NCBI GenBank assembly: GCA_963816355.1
Contig: CAWFKH010000001.1
Location: 320,001 to 384,000, forward strand
Direction of reading: 5' to 3'
DNA from: an uncultured Gemmatimonadales bacterium
GTDB lineage: Bacteria > Gemmatimonadota > Gemmatimonadetes > Longimicrobiales > RSA9
Length of the DNA: 64,000 nucleotides
Position numbers and translations under genes: made by a program. Shown piece by piece: positions 38,634-49,598 of this stretch. The notes beneath the pieces were generated by a model, which saw only the letters and a list, made by a program, of their open reading frames with translations, did not search any database and was not told the DNA's origin. Positions within the stretch are counted from its first letter, which is position 1. Each line of letters starts with the position of its first letter.

Positions 38634-38704
38634 CGCGGAAAACTCACTCGACTCTCATCTGACGCTTATCGGTCGCCGCAACGCGTTGTGAGGCAACGCA
38701 TTAC
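38634..38704. promoter_or_regulatory. Conserved ~70-bp non-coding element, copy B
   Basis: Degenerate direct repeat of 32594-32663. Confidence 0.65.
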
Positions 38705-38958
38705 GAGGTCGTTCGGAAACGGCCGCGCCGGTCCTCGGCTTGCGCCGACCCGCTTCCGTTTCCACCTTCTATCGGTGGGCGCGCCGCGCCTCTGCACTCC
38801 ACGAGATCCCCGGATCCGACCGATGCCCGCGCCGACGCGCCTCCGCGCCCAACGCCCGTCCTCCACTCGAGCTGCCCCGCCCTGCCCGCCCGCCGTCCTT
38901 CGCGGCACGGCGCCGTGAGGATGGATCGCGCCCGCGCGAAAGCCGCGGGAGGCGACGC

Positions 38959-40439
38959 GTGAACCGCCGCCTCCTCGTCGCCGGCGCGCTCACCGCTCTC
39001 GTCCTCGCCGCGGCCGTGCGGCCGCTGCCGCCGCTCGTCGACGCCGCCACCGGCGCCGCCGCCAGCGGCGTGACGCTCGGCCTGCCGCTCGGCTACCTGC
39101 TGAGCGCGCCGTTCTCCAACGTGCTCGACGCGCTGGCGCTGCTCTCCGTGGGGCAGCACATCGCGGTGATCGCGACGCTCTTCGCCGTCTTCGTGCTGTG
39201 GCGCGTCGCGCGCGCGCTCGACCGCGCGCGGGTCCGGGCGCGGCGGGCGCCGGCGCCGCCGGAGCGCGCTCCGGCCGCTTTCGCGTCGCCGGCCGCGGCC
39301 CCCGCGGTCCGGTCCTCCGCCCCGCCCGCGCACTCCGGCGCGGCCACCGCCGCCGCCGGCCTCGCGTCCGCCGCGCCGCCGTCGCCCGCCGCGCCGCCGT
39401 CGCCCGCCGATCCGCCGCGCGCATCCGGCCGCGGCCGCGCGGCGCTCTACGCCGGCGTGCGGGAGACGGCGGCGCTGCTCTCCTTCCTGATCGCGCTCTT
39501 CCTGCTCTACGTGGCGGCGACGCTGCTGCCGCGGCCGGTGCCGCGGCTGGAGGCGCGCGACGCGCAGGAGGTGCGCGTCGACTTCCACAGCCACACGGCC
39601 TTCTCGCACGACGGCTGGCGGCCGCCCGCGTGGAACCGCGCCTGGCACGTGGGCGCCGGCTTCGACGCCGGCTACGTATCGGACCACGGCACGTGGGCGG
39701 GGTGGGAGGCGGAGGCGGTGGGGAACCCGGCGCGCGCGGGCGACGGCTTCGTCGCGCTGCCGGGGATCGAGCTGATCTTCGCGAACCGCCACGCGATCGC
39801 GCTGGGCGCGGCCGGAGCGATACCGGCGCGCGAAGGTGGAGGGCGGACCTGGACGCGGATTCCCTCGCCGCGCTCGTGAAAGCCGCGCGGCCGGCGAACG
39901 GCGCGCCGGCGCCGAAGCCGACGCTGGTGCTGACGATCCCGGGGGGCCTCGAGCCGTTCCCGACGGCGACGGCCGCGGCGCCGATCGGCTTCTCCGCGAT
40001 CGAGATCGCCGACGCCGCGCCGCGCGGGATCGGGCAGGAGCTGCGCGATCGGGGCCATATCGTGGCGCTCGCGGACAGCCTCGACCTGGCGCTCGTCGCG
40101 TCGTCGAACAACCACGGCTGGGGACAGGCGGCCGCCGCGTGGACGCTGGTGCGCGTGCCTGGCTGGCGCGCGCTGCCGCCGGACAGCCTCGGGCGCCGCA
40201 TCGAGGCGCGCATCCACGAGGAGGGCCGCCGCGCGACGCGCGTGATCGAGCGGCCGCTCGTGCCGACGCACGGCTCCGCGGCGGCGCTGGCGCTCACCGT
40301 GCCAGTCGCCGCCTGGCGTACGCTCGCCGCCGACTCCGCCGCCGAGCGCGTCGCATGGATCCTGTGGATATGGGTGGGGTTCCTGCTCACGGAGCGCGTC
40401 TCCCGCGGCGCGCACCGCGGCGCGCGCTACGCGGCGTGA
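38959..40439 (+). pseudogene. Membrane-anchored PHP-domain protein, frameshifted near 39810-39845 (pseudogene or sequence error)
   Basis: DFHSHT.FSHDG, SDH, PGIE and RH in frame 38740..39879; AIEI.D and SNNHGW in frame 39198..40439; GGAGG RBS. Confidence 0.75.
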
Positions 40440-40473
40440 GGCGGCGTCGGAGCGGGGTGCGGCGGCAGAGCCC

Positions 40474-41232
40474 TCACAGCGCCATGCGGTTCATGAAGGC
40501 GCGCTCGTCGGCGGTCACCGAGTCGATGCCGAAGACGTCGATCTTGCGCAGCACCCGCTCGAACTCCTGGCGGTTCAGCTCGTGCAGCCGGCTGAGGTCC
40601 ATCGAGCGCCACCGCTTCTCCTCGCGTTGCAGGCGGCCGGACACGCGCTCGAGCGGGGTCGCGGCAGGGCGCCGCTTGCCGCGCCCCTCGCGCCGCTCCC
40701 GCCATTTGAGGAAGACGAAGCCGGTCGCGAAGCCGCCGAGGTGCGCGAAGTGCGCCACGCCGGCCTCCGCGCCGGTGACGCCGCTGAAGAGGGAGAGGGC
40801 GACCATGATCCCGACGAGCCACTTCGCCTTGATCGGCAGGATCGCCCAGATGTAGATCGGCGCGTCCGGCCAGTACATCGCGAAGCCGAGCATGACGCCG
40901 AAGACGGCGGCGGAGGCGCCGACGACGGCGGCGCCCGGCGCGAAGAGGAAGCTGCCGGCCGCGCCGCCGAGGCCGCTCAGCATGTAGAGCCAGAGGAAAT
41001 CGCGGCCGCCCAGACGCGCCTCGACCTGCGGTCCGAAGAAGTAGAGCGCGATCATGTTGAAGAGGATGTGCAGCAGGCCGGCGTGCAGGAACATGTAGGT
41101 GACGACCGTCCACGGCCGCTGCGCGACGAGCGCCGGGACCAGCATCATCGCGCGATACAGGTCCGGCGACAGGTACGTCACCAGGTACATCGCCGCGTTC
41201 GCGACGATCAGCCTCATCACCCACGGCGTCAT
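40474..41232 (-). CDS. Rhomboid intramembrane serine protease
   Basis: PW...TYMFLH...HI.FNM..L..FG..VE, GASAA.FG, AHFAHLGG. Confidence 0.93.
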   Translation of the reverse strand: MTPWVMRLIVANAAMYLVTYLSPDLYRAMMLVPALVAQRPWTVVTYMFLHAGLLHILFNMIALYFFGPQVEARLGGRDFLWLYMLSGLGGAAGSFLFAPGAAVVGASAAVFGVMLGFAMYWPDAPIYIWAILPIKAKWLVGIMVALSLFSGVTGAEAGVAHFAHLGGFATGFVFLKWRERREGRGKRRPAATPLERVSGRLQREEKRWRSMDLSRLHELNRQEFERVLRKIDVFGIDSVTADERAFMNRMAL

Positions 41233-41448
41233 CTGCGCCACTCCCCATGCGCCCTGGTCCGTTCCGCCTCGCGGGCGGCGAGTTCGCAATGTCCCACGCC
41301 GCCGCCGCCGCGGCAAGCGCCGCGCCGCGCCCCGGCGAAATCGCGGCTTCGCCGCCGCGCGGGGCAACGATGCCGCGCGGCGCGGGATCACACGGAAGGT
41401 ACGCCCGCGTCGGAGCCGGCGCGGCGTCGACTCCAGCCCCGCGGAGCG

Positions 41449-42822
41449 ATGACCCGACGCAATTCGCCGCAGAAGCCGCAGCGCGCCTCCGTCCGCGCCG
41501 CGCTCCTCCTGATCCTGGTCCTTCCCCTGGGTGCCTGTGCCGACGGCGGTGCGGGAGCGGGCGGCGGGACGGCGGCCGCCGCCACCACGGACACGGTCGA
41601 CGGTGTGCCGCGCATCGGCTACGCCGCCGAGGGCGCGCCGCCGATCGCCTGGAGCGCCGACACGATCCGCGTGATCGGCGACGAGCCGGAGGAGCAGTTC
41701 GACGGCGTCGGATCCAGCGGCCTCGCGGGGGACGCCGCCGGCGACCTGTTCCTGCTCGACGGGCTCGGCGGCCGCGTGCTGAAGTTCGGCCCGGACGGCC
41801 GCTTCGTGCGGGCGTTCGGCCGCAAGGGGAACGGTCCGGGCGAGCTCGGCTCGTCGGTGGCGCTGGGGCTCGGGCCCGGCGATTCGCTGTGGGTGGACGA
41901 CCTCGGCAACATGCGCATCGACGTCCTGCCGCAGGGCGACGGCGACGCGCGCGACATCGCGCTCGACCTCTCGCGCGGCATGCCCTCGAGCTTCGCGGTC
42001 GGGCGCGACGGCTACGTGATGGCGATGCGTCCGCTCCCCGGCGGATTCCGCGTGGGTCCCAGCGAGCCGGACACGGCCGCGGCGCAGGCACCGCGGCCCG
42101 CCGACGCGCCGACGATCCCGATCGTGCGCATGGACGCGAGGGGCGCCGCCGTCGCCACCCTCTGGCGCGCGCCGGTCCCCAAGGAGATCGAGACGCGCAG
42201 CGACAACGGCGGCGGCGCCACGTTCGCGATGCGCACGCCCCGAGCGTTCGAGCCGCAGCTTCGGTGGGGGGCGCTGCCGGACGGCGGCATCGTCGTCGTG
42301 GACGGAGCGGAGTACCTGCTGCACGTGATCGACGCGGACGGAACGGAGCGGCTGCGCATTCGCCGCGACCCGCCGCCGCGCGCGACCACGGATGCCGACC
42401 GTGAGGCGGAGCGCGACCGCATCCGCTCCGCCCGCGCCTTGCGGGGCGGCCCACGCATCACCGTGGCGGTGACCAACGGCGGAGCGCCGAGCGTCGGCGC
42501 CTCCTCCGGCGGCGGACCGATCGCGCCCGACGTGAAGGCGCTCGCGGAGCGGCTGGCGCGCGGCGTCACCTTCGCGGACGTGATCCCGCGCGTGGTGGGG
42601 CTGCGCGTCGACCGCCGGGGCCGCATATGGGTGGGCGTGTCGGAGGAGCACGCGAACACCGTCGACCGCATCGACATCTATGAGCCGGATGGGCGGCTCG
42701 CCGGCGAGCTCCGCGGCCTCGCCCTGCCGGACGCCTTCACCGGCGACGACGCAGCCGCTTTCCTCACGCTCGACGAGGACGATGTCCAGCACGTCACGCT
42801 GCTCCGCCTTCGCGTGGGGTGA
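41449..42822 (+). CDS. 6-bladed beta-propeller lipoprotein, paralogue 1
   Basis: LGAC lipobox; GD...LD.....V..F..DG.F...FGRKG.GPGE; D..GRIWV. Confidence 0.8.
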   Translation: MTRRNSPQKPQRASVRAALLLILVLPLGACADGGAGAGGGTAAAATTDTVDGVPRIGYAAEGAPPIAWSADTIRVIGDEPEEQFDGVGSSGLAGDAAGDLFLLDGLGGRVLKFGPDGRFVRAFGRKGNGPGELGSSVALGLGPGDSLWVDDLGNMRIDVLPQGDGDARDIALDLSRGMPSSFAVGRDGYVMAMRPLPGGFRVGPSEPDTAAAQAPRPADAPTIPIVRMDARGAAVATLWRAPVPKEIETRSDNGGGATFAMRTPRAFEPQLRWGALPDGGIVVVDGAEYLLHVIDADGTERLRIRRDPPPRATTDADREAERDRIRSARALRGGPRITVAVTNGGAPSVGASSGGGPIAPDVKALAERLARGVTFADVIPRVVGLRVDRRGRIWVGVSEEHANTVDRIDIYEPDGRLAGELRGLALPDAFTGDDAAAFLTLDEDDVQHVTLLRLRVG

Positions 42823-42850
42823 GCCGCTTCCCGAACCGACAGGACCGACC

Positions 42851-44227
42851 ATGGAGCGCCTCCAATCGAAACGCCCGGGCCGCACCGGCCGAGCCGCCTC
42901 CCTCCGCGTTCGCGGGCCGCTCGCGCTCCTCCTCGCCGCCTCGCTCGCCGCGTGCGGCGGCGAGGCCCCGGCGGGAGCCGGCGGCTCGGCCGCCGCGGCC
43001 ACCCGGGACACGGTCGACGGCGTGCCGCGCGTCGGCTACGCGGCGGACGGCGCGCCGCGCCTCGCGTGGAGCGCCGACACCGTCGCCGTGCTGGGCGACG
43101 CGTTCGGCGATTCGGAGCAGCAGTTCGACCGCGTCACGCCCGGCGGCGTGGCCGGCGACGCGGCGGGCGATGTGTTCATCCTCGACGGCTCCGGCGCGCG
43201 CGTCCTCGAGTTCACGGCGGAGGGTCGCTTCGCTCGTACCTTCGCCCGCAAGGGCCGCGGCCCCGGCGAGCTCGATTCGCCGACCGCGCTCGCGGTGGGC
43301 GCGGGCGACTCGCTGTGGATCCTGGACCCCGGCAACACGCGCGTAACCGTGCTGCCGCAGGGCGACGGCGAGGCGCGCGACGTCGCACTGGATCTGTCGC
43401 ACAGCTTCCCCGGCATGGAGTTCGCGCTCGTGCCCGGCGGCTTCGTCCAGACGGTCCGCCCCTTCTCCTTCCCGGGCATGACGGCCGGGCGGCGCCCCGG
43501 TGCCAGGATGGGCGGCGACAGCGCCGGCGCGGAGCCGGCCGCGCCCGGCATCCCGGTGCGGCGGTTCGACGCGAGCGGCACGGTCGTCGCAACGTTGTGG
43601 CGCGCTCCGGAGCCGAAGCGCGACCAGGTCACCACGCAGGTCGGCACGCACACCCTGACGATGAGCGCGCCGCGCGGCTTCGAGCCGCAGCTCCAGTGGG
43701 CGCCGCTGCCGGACGGCGGCATCGTCGTCTCCGACACCGCGGCGTACCTCCTCCACGTGGTCGATTCGGGCGGCCACGAGGTGCTTCGCATCCGCCGCGA
43801 TCCGCCGCCCCGCGCCACGACCGACGCCGACCGCGACGCCGCCCGCCAGCGCACGATCGCCAGGGCGCGCGGCGCGCGATGGTCCGTCACCATGGCGGTG
43901 GGTGGCGCGAGCGGCGTTTCCTCGGCCCCGGGCCCGTCCGCGCTCGCCGAGCAGCAGGCGCGCGCGATGACGTTCGCGGCCGTGATCCCGCGCATCGCCG
44001 GCGTGCGCGTCGACCGCCGCGGCCGCATCTGGGTCGGCGTCTCCGAGGAGCACCCCGACAGCGCCGACCGTATCGACATCTACGACCGCGGCGGCTCCCT
44101 GCTCGGCGAGCTGCGCGGCGTGCCGCTGCCGGACGCGTTCACCGGCGACGACGTCGCCGCCGTCCTCTCGCGCGACGAGGACGACGTCCAGCACGTCACG
44201 CTCCTGCGGCTGCGCGAAGGAGCCTGA
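42851..44227 (+). CDS. 6-bladed beta-propeller lipoprotein, paralogue 2
   Basis: LAAC lipobox; colinear and highly similar to paralogue 1. Confidence 0.8.
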   Translation: MERLQSKRPGRTGRAASLRVRGPLALLLAASLAACGGEAPAGAGGSAAAATRDTVDGVPRVGYAADGAPRLAWSADTVAVLGDAFGDSEQQFDRVTPGGVAGDAAGDVFILDGSGARVLEFTAEGRFARTFARKGRGPGELDSPTALAVGAGDSLWILDPGNTRVTVLPQGDGEARDVALDLSHSFPGMEFALVPGGFVQTVRPFSFPGMTAGRRPGARMGGDSAGAEPAAPGIPVRRFDASGTVVATLWRAPEPKRDQVTTQVGTHTLTMSAPRGFEPQLQWAPLPDGGIVVSDTAAYLLHVVDSGGHEVLRIRRDPPPRATTDADRDAARQRTIARARGARWSVTMAVGGASGVSSAPGPSALAEQQARAMTFAAVIPRIAGVRVDRRGRIWVGVSEEHPDSADRIDIYDRGGSLLGELRGVPLPDAFTGDDVAAVLSRDEDDVQHVTLLRLREGA

Positions 44228-44324
44228 CGCCGGCCACGCGCCCGGCGGCCGCCCGCGCCACTCCCGGCGGGGCGCCGCGCGCGGCGTGCCCGCCCGTTTG
44301 ACGCCTCGCGCGACGCGCCGTTAG

Positions 44325-46391
<2,067 letters not shown>

Positions 46392-46449
46392 TTGAGGCTC
46401 TATTGCCACCGTCCTCAGGCACGAGGATCAGCGGGGCAGCCCCTTGCGA

Positions 46450-46525
46450 TAACGGCAACGTTTCGGCAACCTTATCGGAAGCAGGGCCCGCCGCTTTCGG
46501 CAAACTAACGGCACCCATAACGGCC
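46450..46525 (+). repeat. Helically phased WWWCGGCAA-like direct repeats upstream of fic
   Basis: CGG(C)A cores start at 46453, 46464, 46476, 46498, 46509 and 46521. Confidence 0.65.
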
Positions 46526-46532
46526 GCCTCAA

Positions 46533-47897
46533 ATGTCCGATGTCAGCAGTACCCCGGAGAACCCCTTCGAGCCACGGCTGACAAGTCACCAGGTCGCGGA
46601 ACTCCTCCGGCTGCTCGGGGAGATTGACGAATTCAAGGGCTACTGGCGTAAGCTGCGGGAACTGCGGGCCGTACGGCTGGCAGAGCTAAGGCAGGTCACG
46701 ACGATCGAGTCCGCCGGCAGTTCGACCCGCATCGAAGGCGCGGAACTCTCAGACGCCGAAGTCGCGCAGGTCCTGGATGGGCTCTCAGTGGACAGCTTTC
46801 GCGCCCGAGACGAGGCGGAGGTCCGCGGCTATGGCGAGCTCCTCCAACTCATCCTCGACCACCACGACGAGTTGCCCCTTGAGGAGAGGTTCATACTGCA
46901 ACTCCACGGCGTCCTGCTGAAGCACAGCGAACGTGACGCTTGGCACCGCGGGAAGTACAAGAAGAACGAGAACCATGTCGAGGCCCACCATCCGGACGGT
47001 CGCCGGGAGATCGTATTCCGGACGGCCAGCCCGTTCGACACTCCGCGCCTGATGGCGGAGCTGGTCGAGCGATCGCGGATCGCGCTGGATAGCCGGACGG
47101 CGCACCCCTTGATCGTAATCGGGCGCTTCATCGTTGACTTCCTCGCTATCCATCCCTTCCAGGACGGAAACGGCCGTCTGTCTCGCGCGCTGACCACGCT
47201 GCTCCTGTTGCGCGCGGGATACGATTACGTGCCGTACGCTTCCCTGGAACGGATAGTCGAAGAGAACAAGGCAAGTTACTACGCGGCTCTCCGTGCTGCG
47301 CAGCTCGAGATGAGAAAGGATTCGACGGGATTCGGAGACTGGCTCATGTTCTTTCTCCGTGCCCTCCATGTGCAGCAGCAGAACCTGGCCGCGAAGCTCG
47401 AGGTCGAGCGGTCGATGCAACAGCTCTCTGCGACGCAAACGGCCATCCTCGCAGAAATCGATCGGCTTGGGCGCGTCACCTCAACCATCCTCGCGGAGCG
47501 TCTCGATCTGCCCCCACGCACTATGCGGTATCACCTTCAGACGCTCATCCGCCAGGGTCTCGTGGAGCCGCAGGGAGAGAAGCGGGGCCGAACGTACCGG
47601 CGCGCTTCAGGCGAACCTCCTGCACATCCCGTTCATGGCCCAGACGCGCCAACGGCCGCCATCCTCGCAGCCATACTGGAAGCAGGAGGGACCATCCGCG
47701 CGGGCGACCTGAAACGGTTGGTGAAGAAACACGGCTATGACCCCCGCGTGGTTGGCACGTTGCACGGCAAACGGCTGGCGCACCTACGTCGCAAGCGTGG
47801 AACAGGTGAGAGCGTCCTCACCGCGCGGGGTCGCGAGGTCGCCGAGCAGTACCTGTTCGCGCGTCGGCTGGCGCGGGTCGATCAAGGCGCAGAGTAG
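46533..47897 (+). CDS. Fic-domain protein with C-terminal wHTH domain(s)
   Basis: HPFQDGNGRLSR; N-terminal SSTRIEG inhibitory motif; C-terminal LAERLDLP.RT.RYHL..L...GLV...G..RG..Y; lower GC than flanks. Confidence 0.92.
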   Translation: MSDVSSTPENPFEPRLTSHQVAELLRLLGEIDEFKGYWRKLRELRAVRLAELRQVTTIESAGSSTRIEGAELSDAEVAQVLDGLSVDSFRARDEAEVRGYGELLQLILDHHDELPLEERFILQLHGVLLKHSERDAWHRGKYKKNENHVEAHHPDGRREIVFRTASPFDTPRLMAELVERSRIALDSRTAHPLIVIGRFIVDFLAIHPFQDGNGRLSRALTTLLLLRAGYDYVPYASLERIVEENKASYYAALRAAQLEMRKDSTGFGDWLMFFLRALHVQQQNLAAKLEVERSMQQLSATQTAILAEIDRLGRVTSTILAERLDLPPRTMRYHLQTLIRQGLVEPQGEKRGRTYRRASGEPPAHPVHGPDAPTAAILAAILEAGGTIRAGDLKRLVKKHGYDPRVVGTLHGKRLAHLRRKRGTGESVLTARGREVAEQYLFARRLARVDQGAE

Positions 47898-48007
47898 ATG
47901 CGCCGCACGACAGCGCGCCGCAGCAACACTCGATCGAGGTCGTCGCACAGGACGAACCGAGTTGTGTCGCATAGGCTTCTGCTCCATGTGCGGGCCTCGT
48001 GACGGCG

Positions 48008-48034
48008 TGTCGATTTCGGCCGGTCTCGTTCGTC
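48008..48034 (+). promoter_or_regulatory. Putative ECF sigma promoter TGTCGAT-N16-CGTC
   Basis: Same spacing as the ECF41-type TGTCACA-N16-CGTC; upstream of YciI-DinB. Confidence 0.5.
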
Positions 48035-48092
48035 GCAGGGGTGAGACCGCGATCCGCGCGGGGACCGACCCGACCTCAATCCGGGAGAGGAC

Positions 48093-48497
48093 ATGCGTTT
48101 CATCGTGATGGTCATGGCGACGAAGGCAATGGAGGCGGCGCCTCCGCCGAAGCCGGAGGACTTCGTTGCGATGCAACAGTACAACGAGGCGGCCATCCGG
48201 GCCGGAGTCCTCCTCGCCGCGGAGGGGCTGACGCCGACGTCGAACGGTGCGCGCGTGAAGTTCAGCGGTGACGAACGCGTCGTCGTCGACGGCCCGTTCA
48301 CCGAGACCAAGGAGTTCGTCGCGGGCTTCTCGATCATCCGGGTGGACTCGCTGCAGGAGGCGATCGAGTGGGTGCAGCGTGCGCCGTTCAACGCCGCGAA
48401 CGGTGAGGTGGTGGTCGAGATCCGCAGGATGATGGACGTCGAGGACTTCCCCGAGGGGTTCGAGCCGAACGAGGAGATCGCGAAGGTGAAGTTCTAG
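48093..48497 (+). CDS. YciI/DGPF-domain protein
   Basis: AGVLL..EGL.P, VVDGPFTETKE.VAGF, EA.EW. Confidence 0.92.
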   Translation: MRFIVMVMATKAMEAAPPPKPEDFVAMQQYNEAAIRAGVLLAAEGLTPTSNGARVKFSGDERVVVDGPFTETKEFVAGFSIIRVDSLQEAIEWVQRAPFNAANGEVVVEIRRMMDVEDFPEGFEPNEEIAKVKF

Positions 48498-48584
48498 CTC
48501 ACCCGGGTGCTCGTCGTTGCGCGGCCGGCCGCCCCGCACCATCCTTGCCTTCCCAGCGGTTCATGCTTCGTTCCGGAGGATGAC

Positions 48585-49112
48585 ATGTCCAGTTCGGCGA
48601 CCCAGACGACGATGCTGCCCGGCTCCAGGGAACGGCTCCTGGCGGAGTACGAGCGCGAGCACGTCACGACCATGCGCGTGCTGCGCGCCTACCCGCCCGA
48701 CCAGCTCGATCTGCGGCCGCACGCGAAGTGCAAGACGGCGCGTGAGCTCGCCTGGGTCTTCGTCGGAGAGCGGGCGTTCGCGACGATGGTCATCGACGGG
48801 CTGTTCGGAGCGGCGGCGCCGATGGAGCCGCCCCCGCCGCCCGCGTCGTGGGACGCGCTCCTCGAGCAGGTCGAGACGGCCTACCAGCGCTTCCACGACA
48901 GACTGCGCGCCGAGAGCGAGGCCTGGTTCCTCGACAGCGTGCCGTTCATGGCCGGGCCGGGGAAGCCGATCGAGGTCCAGCGGCTCCAGTTCCTCTGGAT
49001 CATGCTCTTCGACGAGGTGCACCACCGCGGGCAGTTCTCGGTCTACCTGCGCATGGCGGACGGCAAGGTGCCGTCGATCTACGGCCCGTCCGGCGACGAG
49101 CCGTGGACGTAG
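48585..49112 (+). CDS. DinB-family protein
   Basis: E...T.RVL, RPH, HHRGQ.SVYLR....VPSIYGPSGDE; GGAGG RBS. Confidence 0.9.
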   Translation: MSSSATQTTMLPGSRERLLAEYEREHVTTMRVLRAYPPDQLDLRPHAKCKTARELAWVFVGERAFATMVIDGLFGAAAPMEPPPPPASWDALLEQVETAYQRFHDRLRAESEAWFLDSVPFMAGPGKPIEVQRLQFLWIMLFDEVHHRGQFSVYLRMADGKVPSIYGPSGDEPWT

Positions 49113-49290
49113 CGGGTCGCTGAAACCACCGGTGAGGATCGGCTCACCAAGTCCTCACCGGGTACCTGGTTCGTGTCGCGGCCCGGCGGGTTTCCTTGAC
49201 AGCGGCGACTTGGTGTGGCAAAGTACTTGGCGGTGCGGGCCCGCAGCGCTCAGCTTCGTAGGTCCGACCGAATCTTCCATAGGAGGGCTC

Positions 49291-49470
49291 ATGAGATCCG
49301 CTGCCGCCGTCTACGTCACCGCGGTCGTGATCGCCGGTCTCGCCGCGCTGGGCGGTGCCGCCGTCGTCTACGGAGGGTACGACGATTCTCCGGGAGCCCA
49401 GTTCATCGGCCTTCTGCTCGTCCTCGGCGCGGTCGCGCTCGGTGCGAGGGCGGGCCGCCGGGGCGTGTAG
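49291..49470 (+). CDS. Small 2-TM membrane protein (DDSPG loop)
   Basis: AGGAGG RBS; two hydrophobic segments joined by YGGYDDSPG. Confidence 0.7.
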   Translation: MRSAAAVYVTAVVIAGLAALGGAAVVYGGYDDSPGAQFIGLLLVLGAVALGARAGRRGV

Positions 49471-49598
49471 CGCTCGCACATTCGTGCGTGGGGAGGGCCG
49501 CGCTGCGGGACCCGTTCGACTTCTACGGCGCCGAGGAGCGGTTCCTCGCGCAGCACCTCGGGCTCGCGGGACGGGCCGGGCTCGAAGGAGCGGCTGGC

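Noticed and set aside
28823..38704. Island as an autonomous mobile element
   Set aside because: No integrase, transposase, tRNA target or terminal repeats found.
40474..43011. 845-aa rhomboid 'fusion'
   Set aside because: Only the last ~252 aa are rhomboid; the extension is antisense to the propeller gene.
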